Below are positions 1 to 10,330 of a stretch of 64,000 bases of DNA, in pieces (the stretch's first letter is position 1; every line of letters starts with the position of its first letter). The stretch comes from Candidatus Falkowbacteria bacterium (GTDB taxonomy: Bacteria > Patescibacteriota > Patescibacteriia > CAIXNZ01): NCBI GenBank assembly GCA_963774955.1, contig CAVZGV010000006.1, positions 8,354 to 72,353 of the forward strand, written 5' to 3'. A program made the translations under genes and the position numbers. A model generated the notes under the pieces. That model saw only the letters and a program-made list of their open reading frames with translations. It made no database searches and was not told the origin of the DNA.

Positions 1-109
1 TCTTTTTCTCGCCTTCATGTTTAATAATCCGCCGTTTCTTGCCGCATTCGGTACAAATATCCTCGGGCGGCTTATAGCCATTTCTTTTACCTGGCCTTGT
101 TTTTTTCAA
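1..109 (-). CDS. Partial small hypothetical protein with CxxC (MKKTRPGKRNGYKPPEDICTECGKKRR...), runs off the window
   Basis: TTG start at 109, AGGAGG at 115-120, upstream TTGACA-17-TAAGTT; manually translated. Confidence 0.5.
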   Translation of the reverse strand, partial: MKKTRPGKRNGYKPPEDICTECGKKRRIIKHEGEKK

Positions 110-206
110 TGTCCCCTCCTGTTACTAATTGTCTAAACTTAGCAAATGATCTTGAAATTGTCAAACATAAAATCACCCCGCGATGCAGGGTGATTTTAAT
201 ATCCAA

Positions 207-692
207 TTATTTAATTTCAATTTTTACTTCATCACCGACTTTAAAATTGTTCTTTTCAGCCGCACCGCCGTTTAGTTCCAGGACATAATTAACTTCGCTG
301 TCAGAACGGTAAAGAGGCAGGTTAGCTTCATCAACCGTCGCTACAGGCACATTAGCCTGAATACCGATAATCTTATTATCATCGATCCAAATCATATCTA
401 AAGGAAATTGCATGTCTTTCATCCAGAAAGATCGGTATCTTTTATCAGGAAAAACAAAAAGCATGCCGGAATTTTGCTTTAAACTCTTACGATTTGAAAG
501 TCCGGCGATTAATTGTTCAGGGGTTTTGGCAAGCTCAACATTTATGGTTTTGCCATTAATAATTACCTTGCCTTTTTCCAAGCCGGAGGTAAAATATCCG
601 GGATTAGTCAAGATTATTACGGCTATTACCACGAAAATAAAAACCAGTAACGCTGTAATTATTAAGATTGTATTTAACTTAGATTTAGCCAT
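207..692 (-). CDS. DUF192 family protein with N-terminal TM anchor
   Basis: VELAxTPEQ..GLS.R, GMLFVF, FWMKDMQFPLDMIWID, YVLELNGG motifs. Confidence 0.9.
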   Translation of the reverse strand: MAKSKLNTILIITALLVFIFVVIAVIILTNPGYFTSGLEKGKVIINGKTINVELAKTPEQLIAGLSNRKSLKQNSGMLFVFPDKRYRSFWMKDMQFPLDMIWIDDNKIIGIQANVPVATVDEANLPLYRSDSEVNYVLELNGGAAEKNNFKVGDEVKIEIK

Positions 693-695
693 ATT

Positions 696-1790
696 TTATA
701 TACTTTTAGACTGTTGATTTTTCTGTTTATATATAATAACAAGGATTGCGGCTAAAATCAACATAAATACTGCCAGGGCTAATAAAGCCAGCAATTTCCC
801 AAAGGTTTGTAAAAAGAGAGCAAATGACCCGAATAAAGCGGTTAAACAATATAAAAACACGACTGCCTGTCGATGTGATAATCCTATATCAAGTAGCCGA
901 AAATGTAAATGCTTACGGTCAGCCAGGCTGATTTTACGATAATAAATCAGACGGCGTAAAATGACCCAGACAACATCCAGAATGGGTACGCCCATGATTA
1001 AAAGCGCTGTTGCCACCTTTGACCCGGAAATAATAGCCAAGATACCCAACATTAACCCGGCCAGCAAACTGCCGCCTTCACCCAGAAAAATCCTGGCTGG
1101 ATGGAAATTAAGCAGTAAAAATCCGGCAAAAGCCCCGGCTAAAATAATGGCTATCAAGGCGGTATTAAACTGCGCCACTTCCTTATTTATAGCCACAGCA
1201 AAAATTATTAATGAGCCAATGACGGTAATTCCGGAGACTAAGCCGTCAAGCCCGTCCAGTAATTTCGTGGTATACATCATACCCATTAACCAAATCAGCG
1301 TAAATAAATCAGCGAATAAAGTCACCTTATAAGGAATTCCTTGAAACCAAAAAAGTATAAATTGCCAGTTATTGAAACTGATAATGCCGCCAAACGGATT
1401 TCTGATATGGCTGATGCCAATGCCACTGGCAACAATAACAATAGCGGCTAAAATCGGAAATATTATTTGGGATTTTGGTTGCCAATGATATTTATCGTCT
1501 AAAAAACCACCGATAATAATAAGCAGGCCGGCCAGGATGATCCCGACTATAAATTTGGGCTGAATAAAATCATAAATTATAAAATCCGTAAAATAGCTGT
1601 AAAAAACCAAAACCGAGGCAAAACTAAAAAAAACCGCCAGACCGCCCAGCAAAGGCATTGGGGTTTTATGGATCTTTCTCTCGCCAATCGGCTGATCAAC
1701 AATTTTAAAATATAAGGCAATTTTCCTGACCAACACAGTCAAAATCGCAGAGAGAATAAAAGTAATGACAAAAGCTAATAAATAATTCAT
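696..1790 (-). CDS. Glycosyltransferase family 4 (WecA/TagO-like undecaprenyl-phosphate GlcNAc-1-P transferase)
   Basis: RKIHxxPMPLLGG, GFLDD, DGLDGL, NFHPARIFLGEGG, DRKHLHFRL; multi-TM. Confidence 0.9.
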   Translation of the reverse strand: MNYLLAFVITFILSAILTVLVRKIALYFKIVDQPIGERKIHKTPMPLLGGLAVFFSFASVLVFYSYFTDFIIYDFIQPKFIVGIILAGLLIIIGGFLDDKYHWQPKSQIIFPILAAIVIVASGIGISHIRNPFGGIISFNNWQFILFWFQGIPYKVTLFADLFTLIWLMGMMYTTKLLDGLDGLVSGITVIGSLIIFAVAINKEVAQFNTALIAIILAGAFAGFLLLNFHPARIFLGEGGSLLAGLMLGILAIISGSKVATALLIMGVPILDVVWVILRRLIYYRKISLADRKHLHFRLLDIGLSHRQAVVFLYCLTALFGSFALFLQTFGKLLALLALAVFMLILAAILVIIYKQKNQQSKSI

Positions 1791-1793
1791 ATA

Positions 1794-4559
1794 TTATAAT
1801 TCTCTGGCTTTTTCCACTCTAATTACTCCCCCTTTTTCCAAGATGGCCACATCGCGGCGGCCGATTTTACCGGTTATTAAATAATTAGCCAAAGCATTGT
1901 CCACATGATCCTGAATAGCCCGACGCAAGGGTCTGGCTCCGTATTGAGGATCAAACCCGATCTGAGCCAATTCTCTGACGGCCTCTTCAGTAGCCTGAAA
2001 ATTTATACCTTTGGCTTCCATGGCTTGGGCTACTCTGGCCAGCATTAAGCCGGTTATTTTAATGACTTCTTCAAGACCCAACGGTTTGAAAATTATTATA
2101 TTATCAAATCTATTTATAAATTCCGGTTTGAAATACTGTTTTAGCTCAGTTTCTAAAAGCTGACGCTTTATGGCCTCAACCGTTAACCCGGCCGCCAGTT
2201 GCTGCTGGATAAAATTCGTTTGGGCGTTGGAAGTGGCAATCAAAATTACATTGGTAAAATCAATAGTCCTGCCGGATGAATCTGTCAGCCGTCCGTCATC
2301 CATAACCTGTAAAAAAAGATTCAAAATATCAGGATGAGCTTTTTCCAATTCATCTAAAAGTACGATGCAATAAGGCTTTTTCCTGACTGCTTCGGTTAAA
2401 ATACCACCGCCTCCGGAACCGGCATATCCGGGCGGAGCTCCAATCAACCGGTTAACAGCCGAGGCTTCCTGATATTCAGACATATCAACTCTAACCATAT
2501 TCTCCTCATTGCCGAAATAAACTTCGGCAATAGTTTTGGCTAATTCTGTTTTACCGACACCGGTCGGTCCTAAAAATAATAAATTAGCAATCGGTCTGGT
2601 TGTTTCACGTAATTCGGCCCTGGCCCGTCTCAAGCTGTTAGCCACGGCAGAAACAGCCTCTTCCTGGTCAATCATGCGCTCATGAATTATCTCTTCCAGT
2701 TTAAGCAATTTTTCCGATTCACCTTCTGTAATTTGAGTAACTTTCATGCCGATTTTTTCAGACATCAAGGTCGCCACATCATTGCCTGTGACCAAACAAT
2801 TGGCACCTTTGGTTTTCCTGGCCCAAACTGCAACTTCTTCCAATAAAGTAATGGCCTTGTAAGGCAAAAATTGGTCGTGGATAAAACGATCAGTCAATTT
2901 AACAGCTGATTCAAGCGCATCATAGGTTAAAAAAACATTATTCTTATTTTCAATATAACCGGCCTTACCTTCAATAATCTGAATGGCACCGTTTAATTCC
3001 GGTTCCTTAATTTCAATCTTTTTAATTATATTTCCCAAATTACTCCTCTCGATATAACTCGTATAATTGGCTGAAGTGCTGCCGCTGATTAAAATAAATA
3101 AATTTTTTGACAAAGCTTCGGCTAAAACCTCTATTAAACCGCTGCCACCGCTCATGGCTATTAAATCATGAATATTGTCAATATATAAAATGACATTGCC
3201 GGCGCGCGCTATTTCGTTAAAACAGATATAAAGTCTTTCCTGAACCTGGCTGATACTTGCACCTGCCACTAATTTTGGAATGCTCAAGCTTACCAGGCGC
3301 TTATCCTGCAAAAAATCCGGCAAATCATCGGCAATCATTTTTTGCGCCAGCCCCTCAATTATTGCTGTTTTACCTACACCCGGCTCCCCGACCATAATTA
3401 CTGCCTTGATGCTACTGCCTTCCAAAACACGATATATTTCGGAAAATTCCTGATCGCGATCAACTGAAATGTCCAAATACCCCTGTTTGGCTAACATAGT
3501 CAAATCTTCGGAAAACTGATTTAAAAGCGGAGTTTGAACTGCGGTCATGGCCCGATCAAGGCCGGTCTTGGATTTCAGCTTAGAACTTGTTCGATAAAGC
3601 TGCCATTGTTGCTTTAATTTACGCTGAATTCTAAACCAAACAATGACGTTATCAATTTTTTCCGGAGTAATTCCGATATCCATGAATACTTCCATTATAT
3701 ACTCATCATTTCTAACAGACTCATAAAGGATATCCAAGGTTTCAACTACTTCCAGATGATTTATATAAGCCTGACGATAAGCTTTGATCATAATCTTCCT
3801 GGCTTCGGTGGCAAATACTGTTTCAGTCTCGCTTTGAGGATAACGGGCAGCTAGTCGGCTGATTTTTGCCGATAAATCATTAAGGTCAATGCCCAAACGG
3901 ATGAAAACATTCTGAGCTTTGCCTGAAAGCAGTAAGGCTGCAATCAAAAAATGGACTGGGGCTACTTCTAAGGCTTTATGGCTATAAGCCAGATCATAAG
4001 CCTTCTCAACTATTTTCAAAGCCTCTTCGGAAAAAGTCTTGCTAATGTCAATTTTATACTTATGACTAATACCTTTGACAGATTGCCAATCAACCGGGGG
4101 CGGTGCCAGCAGGCTCAAATCACCTTCGGCTTGATATTTTTTGGCGACAACTTTTACTTTCCGGTCGTTTTTCAAGGAATTAAAATATATGATAAACAAA
4201 TCGAAAAATAACGAGAGCCAGAAATAAAAATGATATTGATTTGGACTTTGCCAATAATTTAAAGATAATATCTGGTAATAATCAAAATTAGTCAGGTAAA
4301 AAGAATAAACCAAGCTAGTAATACCGCCTAAGCCAATAACCAATAAAATCACTTTTATTATAAAATCAATAACCCGTTCCACTTTGTATAATTTAAGATG
4401 AGGATAGTCAATGACTCTATCCCAAAATAAAATATATGAGTCCAAACTGCCGATAATTCCCCGGCCGTCACAAACCTGACACTTTTTAGCGGCTAAGTGC
4501 CCAACCCCGTTACAATTGGAACAAATTAGAAACTGCAAATTTTCTTTGTCATTTGCCAT
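1794..4559 (-). CDS. Clp/Hsp100 family ATPase with N-terminal CxxCxGxG Zn finger, two TM helices and Clp_N domain
   Basis: Walker A GEPGVGKT and GPTGVGKT, RVDMSEYQE, LLDELEKAHPD, GARPLRR. Confidence 0.9.
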   Translation of the reverse strand: MANDKENLQFLICSNCNGVGHLAAKKCQVCDGRGIIGSLDSYILFWDRVIDYPHLKLYKVERVIDFIIKVILLVIGLGGITSLVYSFYLTNFDYYQILSLNYWQSPNQYHFYFWLSLFFDLFIIYFNSLKNDRKVKVVAKKYQAEGDLSLLAPPPVDWQSVKGISHKYKIDISKTFSEEALKIVEKAYDLAYSHKALEVAPVHFLIAALLLSGKAQNVFIRLGIDLNDLSAKISRLAARYPQSETETVFATEARKIMIKAYRQAYINHLEVVETLDILYESVRNDEYIMEVFMDIGITPEKIDNVIVWFRIQRKLKQQWQLYRTSSKLKSKTGLDRAMTAVQTPLLNQFSEDLTMLAKQGYLDISVDRDQEFSEIYRVLEGSSIKAVIMVGEPGVGKTAIIEGLAQKMIADDLPDFLQDKRLVSLSIPKLVAGASISQVQERLYICFNEIARAGNVILYIDNIHDLIAMSGGSGLIEVLAEALSKNLFILISGSTSANYTSYIERSNLGNIIKKIEIKEPELNGAIQIIEGKAGYIENKNNVFLTYDALESAVKLTDRFIHDQFLPYKAITLLEEVAVWARKTKGANCLVTGNDVATLMSEKIGMKVTQITEGESEKLLKLEEIIHERMIDQEEAVSAVANSLRRARAELRETTRPIANLLFLGPTGVGKTELAKTIAEVYFGNEENMVRVDMSEYQEASAVNRLIGAPPGYAGSGGGGILTEAVRKKPYCIVLLDELEKAHPDILNLFLQVMDDGRLTDSSGRTIDFTNVILIATSNAQTNFIQQQLAAGLTVEAIKRQLLETELKQYFKPEFINRFDNIIIFKPLGLEEVIKITGLMLARVAQAMEAKGINFQATEEAVRELAQIGFDPQYGARPLRRAIQDHVDNALANYLITGKIGRRDVAILEKGGVIRVEKAREL

Positions 4560-4564
4560 TTTTG

Positions 4565-4939
4565 TTAGGTTAAATTACCAAAAGATAATACAAGCATATA
4601 GAGAATAAGTATGGGTAAAACCAGCCAAAATATATAGAAAACCAGAACTAAAATGATTATGCCCAGTAAAGCCAAGCCCTTGAATATAATCTGAAATATT
4701 CTCAGAAAAAAACTGATTGCCCGGCCCGCAAAATCTGTCTGACCAAACATGGGCACAAACAAATTTTTCAGCCAGATAGAAAAACCAAGAGTCAGATCAA
4801 AATCCCGAATCATACCTAGCCCGCCTTTTAAAACTTTCAGTAAGCCTTGCCCGTACCACCACAACGGAAAATATAAAAAATTCCTAATTTCAGCAATTAG
4901 AAGTAAAATTGTTATTTTGCCTAAACTCGCATTGTTCAT
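4565..4939 (-). CDS. Hypothetical membrane protein upstream of the Clp ATPase (start re-called at MNNASLG)
   Basis: FPLWWY..G, W.KNLFVPMFGQ.D..GR.ISFF; hydrophobic. Confidence 0.7.
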   Translation of the reverse strand: MNNASLGKITILLLIAEIRNFLYFPLWWYGQGLLKVLKGGLGMIRDFDLTLGFSIWLKNLFVPMFGQTDFAGRAISFFLRIFQIIFKGLALLGIIILVLVFYIFWLVLPILILYMLVLSFGNLT

Positions 4940-4997
4940 AGTATTATTTATTAATATAATTTTACCATATTTTGGCAGAAAATTAAACAGGGCCTGT

Positions 4998-5237
4998 TTA
5001 TACAGGCCCGGAATTTGTCTCTGGGGAATTTGTCGCCTTGACCTCAAGAAAATTGAGTAAAACATTCAATTCCGATTCTGACGTCCCCAAGTCCGCCCAG
5101 GAAAAGTCACCGCCGTTAACCCGCAATTTAATATTGTTTATCATGATTAAAGCGGCCTGATAATTAAAGGCCTTATTGCGTAAACAGTTGATAGCGCCCT
5201 GACAAGCTGTAATTTTCCGCTGTTTATCATCATCCAC
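4998..5237 (-). CDS. Small hypothetical protein
   Basis: AAGGAGGTG before GTG start. Confidence 0.55.
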   Translation of the reverse strand: MDDDKQRKITACQGAINCLRNKAFNYQAALIMINNIKLRVNGGDFSWADLGTSESELNVLLNFLEVKATNSPETNSGPV

Positions 5238-5280
5238 GGCTCACCTCCTTTTCCGCTAAAGTTTTTTTAACGAAATTCCG

Positions 5281-6396
5281 CTACAGTTTCTGCCTTTGAA
5301 TTGCCTCTCTGATTACGCGCATTAGCTCCAGGTAAAACTCCACATTATTCAAAGTTGCCAAACGCAAACCCAACCCCTCCTCGGTTTTCAAGAGATGATA
5401 AAGGTACGCTTTGGAATGAGTATGCAGCAACTTGATTTTTGAACTGGTGTTAATCGGCTTTAAATTATCCTTATACTCACTGTTTTTTATATTGATAGTA
5501 TTGTAATAAATAGTGCCAAACAACTTAAGTGCTCCTTTTTGACGCTGAGTACAAAATTGATACAAGCGGCCATGACGCGCTTCCCTGGTCGGAATCACGC
5601 AATCAAACATATCTATGCCCTGTTTTAACGCAAAGACAATTTCTTCAGGACGGCCTAAGCCCATTAAATATCTGGGCGCATCAGCCGGCATCTTCGGCGC
5701 TATATGCTGTAAAATTTTATACATATCTTGACGATCTTCGCCCACGGCCAAACCGCCTAAAGCATAACCGGAAAAACCCAGGCTGGTAATCTGTTGCAAA
5801 CTTAATTCCCTTAAATCCTTAAAAATACTACCCTGAATAATACCAAAGAGCATTTGCTTAGTCTTTTTCTTTTGCCACTGTTTTCTGCATATTTGGGCCC
5901 AGTTATAGGTCATATCCACAGCTTCCCGAATCTTATCCTTGGGCGCATTACCTTCGGGACAAATATCTAAAGCCATCATAATATCAACACCCAAATCCTG
6001 CTGAATCTGAATCGCTTTGGCCGGCGTTAAAAAGTGTTTGGAACCGTCTAAATGAGACTGAAATTCCACACCCTCTAGCTTGATTTTCCTTATTTTTGAC
6101 AAGGAAAAAACTTGATATCCGCCGGAATCAGTCAAAATCGGCCTGGGCCAATTCATAAACTTATGAAGGCCTCCGGCTTTCTTTATCAGTTTTTCACCAG
6201 GCTGTAAATATAAATGGTAAGTATTGGCCAAAATAATCTCAGCGTCTAATTCATTCAATTCCTCTCCTGATAAATTCTTAACCGCGCCTTTAGTGGCAAT
6301 CGGCATAAAAAATGGCGTATTAATGCTACCATGGCCTGTTTTCAAGATCCCAAGCCTAGCTTTGGATTTTTTCGATTGTTTCAGTAATTTAAACAT
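5281..6396 (-). CDS. tgt: Queuine tRNA-ribosyltransferase
   Basis: TPFFMP, NTYHL, LTDSGGYQVFSL, YLMGLG, DMFDCVIPTREARHG. Confidence 0.97.
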   Translation of the reverse strand: MFKLLKQSKKSKARLGILKTGHGSINTPFFMPIATKGAVKNLSGEELNELDAEIILANTYHLYLQPGEKLIKKAGGLHKFMNWPRPILTDSGGYQVFSLSKIRKIKLEGVEFQSHLDGSKHFLTPAKAIQIQQDLGVDIMMALDICPEGNAPKDKIREAVDMTYNWAQICRKQWQKKKTKQMLFGIIQGSIFKDLRELSLQQITSLGFSGYALGGLAVGEDRQDMYKILQHIAPKMPADAPRYLMGLGRPEEIVFALKQGIDMFDCVIPTREARHGRLYQFCTQRQKGALKLFGTIYYNTINIKNSEYKDNLKPINTSSKIKLLHTHSKAYLYHLLKTEEGLGLRLATLNNVEFYLELMRVIREAIQRQKL

Positions 6397-6481
6397 TAGT
6401 ATATTTACAAAATAATTAACTTCTGCTAATATTTGGTAATCAAGGGATCAAAAACGGTTCTTTATAAGGAGGACTTTAAAG

Positions 6482-7273
6482 ATGGATCGAAAAGGAGCGC
6501 GGCATTACCGGAAGCATCCCAGGATGAAAAAAACAGACTACCTTTATTTGCCGCTGATCAAAATCACCCCCAAGCCCATCACGCCAAACCATTTGTCACT
6601 GATCCGCCTCTTGCTTGCGCTCCCTATCATTGTACTCATTTTTCTGCACTTTTTCAAGGTCGCTGCCGTCTTTTTCTTAATTGCGGCCATATTTGACGGC
6701 CTGGACGGAGCCCTGGCCCGCTATCGCGATCAAGAGACTAAACTGGGCGCGATCATTGACCCCACAGCTGACAAGGCAGTCAATTTTATGGTTTGGATCG
6801 GCTTTCTTTTCTACATTAAAAACGACATCTATTTGGGCTCGATCCTAACCATCATCATCATTGATTCCTGCCTGTTTGCCGTGGCCTTGCTCAAATTCTT
6901 TATCAAGGACATTTTCCCGAAACTGGAAAAAAGCAGTCATTACTTTGAAGAGCTGGGTATCCCCCAGATCATCAACGAAATTGACGTCAGCAGAACCGGC
7001 GCCAATAAGTGGGGCAAAACCAAAATGGTCCTGCAAATCATTGTCATTTCGGCTCTGCTGCTCTTTGACCCGGCCACTTCAGTCAGGCTCCACGAAACTT
7101 TTATGTTTTTGCCCGATCACCTGAGCCTACTGCATCTTTCATTCCCATTGTTAGTGGCCTGCATTGTCTTTGGCTTACTCAGTCTCTATGGACATATTCA
7201 GGTAATCAGCTTCAATAAAGAAAAAGGACCAGAGACTGAATATCCAGTTCAACTAAAGCTCCCAGGCATATAA
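6482..7273 (+). CDS. CDP-alcohol phosphatidyltransferase family protein
   Basis: TPNxLS..R and DGLDGALAR...G...DPTADK signature; strong SD. Confidence 0.85.
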   Translation: MDRKGARHYRKHPRMKKTDYLYLPLIKITPKPITPNHLSLIRLLLALPIIVLIFLHFFKVAAVFFLIAAIFDGLDGALARYRDQETKLGAIIDPTADKAVNFMVWIGFLFYIKNDIYLGSILTIIIIDSCLFAVALLKFFIKDIFPKLEKSSHYFEELGIPQIINEIDVSRTGANKWGKTKMVLQIIVISALLLFDPATSVRLHETFMFLPDHLSLLHLSFPLLVACIVFGLLSLYGHIQVISFNKEKGPETEYPVQLKLPGI

Positions 7274-7297
7274 ATTCAAATGCCGCCAAGCAAAAGT

Positions 7298-7327
7298 AAA
7301 GGACGTTTCCGTACGGAAACGTCCTTT
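7298..7327. terminator. Bidirectional intrinsic terminator
   Basis: Perfect palindrome AAAGGACGTTTCCGTACGGAAACGTCCTTT between convergent genes. Confidence 0.8.
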
Positions 7328-7361
7328 TAAATATATAAAATTTATCAATTACTTATGGCAA

Positions 7362-7727
7362 TTATCTATTCATAGCCACGGTAGAACCATTTGCCTGCAG
7401 GTATTCAATGCGGGAAACTTCAACCATATTCAACTTGGCAACTTTTTCTTCAAGGCGGCTGGTCGAGCGGAGTTGAGTTATTTCAATTTGTAATTTTTGA
7501 TTAGCATCTTTAAGTTCAGCAGCTTTGTCCTCCAACTCCCTGATTTGATAACCTCTGGTTGCCATTCCATTAATCTGCCACAAATAAACCATGCCGACGC
7601 AAAATATCAAAACTCCCATCAATAATAATTTATTTCTGTTTTTGTTTTGATAATTTGGATTCTGGTCAATATCAGCTAGCTTTTCCTTGAGACTCTGCCA
7701 TTTAGTTGATAAAAATGCTTTTCTCAT
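7362..7727 (-). CDS. ftsL: FtsL-like cell division protein
   Basis: Single TM plus coiled coil, directly downstream of rsmH. Confidence 0.7.
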   Translation of the reverse strand: MRKAFLSTKWQSLKEKLADIDQNPNYQNKNRNKLLLMGVLIFCVGMVYLWQINGMATRGYQIRELEDKAAELKDANQKLQIEITQLRSTSRLEEKVAKLNMVEVSRIEYLQANGSTVAMNR

Positions 7728-7760
7728 AATTTTCCCCCTAATATCTAAATTTACTTATTA

Positions 7761-8693
7761 TTAAAGTTTGACAATTGCTCTTAATTTGGCGCTTCTGCTT
7801 CTGGGATTGGCCTTTACTTCAGCCAGTCCTGCCTCAACTACCTTTTTAGTTAATATTTTTATCCTGGGCTGATGATTACAGATGCAAACCGGTAATTTTG
7901 GCGGGCAAATACAGCCTTTAGCTTCATTTTTAAAAAAATCCTTAACGATTCGATCTTCCAGGGAATGAAAGGAAATAACAACTAATCTTCCTCCCGGTGG
8001 CAATATTTCCATAATTTGAGGCAACACTTCCTGCAAATTTTCCAATTCATGATTCACCTCTATTCTTAAGGACTGAAAGACCTTGGTAGCCACGTGAATT
8101 TTTGGTTTAGGCTTATGCAGATAGACTTTTTCAATAATTTGCACCAGATGATCAGTTGTTCTTATGGGTTTTAATTTACGTTCTTTTATAATTTCTCTGA
8201 CAATCTCTTTGGCGTATCTTTCTTCTCCGTATTCTTTGAAAATTTTAACCAAATTTTCTTCTTTATATTGATTGATGATATAAGCAGCGGTTTTTTCCGT
8301 ACTGCCAAAACGCATATCTAAAAATGCAGAACCGCGAAAAGAAAATCCGCGCGTTTGGTCTTCAAGCTCAGCGCTAGACAGCCCAAGGTCAAGTAAAATG
8401 CCGTTAATTTGATTAAATCCTGGGATATCATAAACTATTTTCTTTAAATTTTTGTAATTTTCTCTGTTTAAAATTATTCTATCTTTGAATTCGTGTAAAT
8501 TTTCATTGGCCGCCGAAATAGCCTGCTGATCTAAATCAAGAGCTAGAACCTTTCCAGCAGGACCATTAAGTTTTAAAATTTCCCTGGTATGTCCGCCGCC
8601 GCCAACAGTACAATCAATAAAATTTTCATTAGCTTTTGGCGCTAAATACTGCAAAACTTCCTGAACTAATACCGGCTGATGTTTATAATCCAT
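7761..8693 (-). CDS. rsmH: 16S rRNA m4C1402 methyltransferase
   Basis: HxPVL, DCTVGGGGH, DLGLSS, ISFHSLEDRIVK, NPRSRSAKLR. Confidence 0.97.
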   Translation of the reverse strand: MDYKHQPVLVQEVLQYLAPKANENFIDCTVGGGGHTREILKLNGPAGKVLALDLDQQAISAANENLHEFKDRIILNRENYKNLKKIVYDIPGFNQINGILLDLGLSSAELEDQTRGFSFRGSAFLDMRFGSTEKTAAYIINQYKEENLVKIFKEYGEERYAKEIVREIIKERKLKPIRTTDHLVQIIEKVYLHKPKPKIHVATKVFQSLRIEVNHELENLQEVLPQIMEILPPGGRLVVISFHSLEDRIVKDFFKNEAKGCICPPKLPVCICNHQPRIKILTKKVVEAGLAEVKANPRSRSAKLRAIVKL

Positions 8694-8780
8694 CGAATAA
8701 ATTTAATTAGCAACGAATATTTAATTATTTGTTTTTGTTTTAGGGGATATTGAATATCCCCAGTTTTGAGAAAACCTGTT

Positions 8781-8975
8781 TTAAGCCACGGCGATTTTGT
8801 AATCACCTTTACCGATTGGCTGTAAAAACGGGCTGCCTACTCCGTTGACGAAAGCTGAAAGCGCTCTTTTGGCTCTTGTCCTTTTGACAGGATCTGAATG
8901 CTTGGGTTGGCCTTCACTTGCAGGCGGCAACATGATTGTTCCGCCCCCATCTGGCAATTCAATGGCAACTTGCAT
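8781..8975 (-). CDS. Small hypothetical protein
   Basis: AAGGAG before ATG; a further SD-led ~54-aa ORF starts at 9122. Confidence 0.5.
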   Translation of the reverse strand: MQVAIELPDGGGTIMLPPASEGQPKHSDPVKRTRAKRALSAFVNGVGSPFLQPIGKGDYKIAVA

Positions 8976-9138
8976 GTTTTTTCTCCTTGGTTAGGACTCT
9001 TTAGCCGTTACCCAGACGATGCTGACCTTCTTACTGATAATCTGCTGCTGGTTTGTCACCATAGCTTCAAGCTTCGCTTCAAAATCAGGATCGTCCGGAT
9101 GAATCAGAAAGATATTATTCATGATTCCTCCTTGCCTT

Positions 9139-9414
9139 TTAGGCAGTGGCTGAAACAAAATGCTTGAATGGTGTGAAGGGCTTGTCTACCTGATGTCCGC
9201 GACTGGGTATTTGCCTGATCCCTTGATGATCCGGCTCCAGAAGCGACTTTGAAAATGGCCGCTCTTTGACTGGGCTGGCGCATGGCTGACGACAAGTATC
9301 CAAAGCAGCAATTAACTCTGGGGTCATCTCCCCAATTTCTCCGAATTGCTTCTTGGGACCTTCATCATCCAAACCAAACCAATAAACCTTAGCTCGTTCA
9401 GACAATTCGTTCAT
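9139..9414 (-). CDS. Small hypothetical protein
   Basis: GGGGAGGAAGG before ATG. Confidence 0.5.
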   Translation of the reverse strand: MNELSERAKVYWFGLDDEGPKKQFGEIGEMTPELIAALDTCRQPCASPVKERPFSKSLLEPDHQGIRQIPSRGHQVDKPFTPFKHFVSATA

Positions 9415-9689
9415 GACCTTCCTCCCCTTTTTTGGTTTTTTGTTAAATGTTCAATTCCCCGATTTACAATCTAGGTTTTTACAGGCGGGAAATAGGGATA
9501 AGCATATGCCCATTTCTCACCTGGATAAAACCCTACTTGTTTACATTTTATTCATTTGTAAGGTACTTTTGAATTGACCTAGAAATAAAAATGTTAACAA
9601 GCTTTTTTTAATTTTTCTTTCTTAATTTTCTGGCCCCCAAGCTTTGGGCTTAAGAGGCTCCTTAATTATATGAATAATTGAAGGTTAAA

Positions 9690-10121
9690 TTAGACATCCA
9701 GACCCTGCAAGGCTTCAGCGATATCCACACTTTGCTTTTCTGTTCCCTTTTTATATTTATTCCAATTATCTTCATCCCAAATTTCTAAACGATTATATAA
9801 ACCGGCGATAATGGTTTTTTTCTTAATCCCGCCAAACTGCCTCAAATATTCCGGTAAAACTATTCTACCCTGCTTATCCAACTGGATATCCATAGCACCT
9901 GCCAGCATCAAACGGGCAAAAGCGCGGGTGTTAGCTTTGCTAATGGGCATAGCAGCCAACTTTGGTGCCAGTTTTTCCCATTCTTCCATGGTATATAAAA
10001 ACAAACAATTATCTAATCCTTTAGTCACGACAACACCTTTACTTAATTTCGCCCTAAACTTGACTGGTACTGCCAGCCTGCCCTTTTCATCCAAATTGTG
10101 TTGGTATTCACCGATAAACAT
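9690..10121 (-). CDS. mraZ: Transcriptional regulator MraZ
   Basis: MFIGEYxHxLDEKGRL.VP, second DKQGRI repeat, EIWD. Confidence 0.97.
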   Translation of the reverse strand: MFIGEYQHNLDEKGRLAVPVKFRAKLSKGVVVTKGLDNCLFLYTMEEWEKLAPKLAAMPISKANTRAFARLMLAGAMDIQLDKQGRIVLPEYLRQFGGIKKKTIIAGLYNRLEIWDEDNWNKYKKGTEKQSVDIAEALQGLDV

Positions 10122-10182
10122 AGTTGGATTTTAGATTTTGGATCTTAAATTCTGGATTTTAGTGGAAATGACCGATTTTGAG

Positions 10183-10330
10183 TTATCCACAGATATATCG
10201 ACCTATCCCCACTTTTATCCACATTACTCCCCTATACATCCATTATACTCCACTAAGCTATCCGCGTCAACCACTTTATACACAGGGCAATTTCCCTTTA
10301 AATTAAAGACTTTATAAGCCATGTGTATAA
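10183..10330 (-). promoter_or_regulatory. mraZ upstream region: ~10-bp periodic GTGG-type MraZ boxes plus four DnaA-box matches
   Basis: CCAC/CCCC/CCAT at 10209, 10219, 10229, 10240, 10250; TTATCCACA at 10183 and 10215, TTATACACA at 10276, TGTGTATAA at 10322. Confidence 0.7.
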
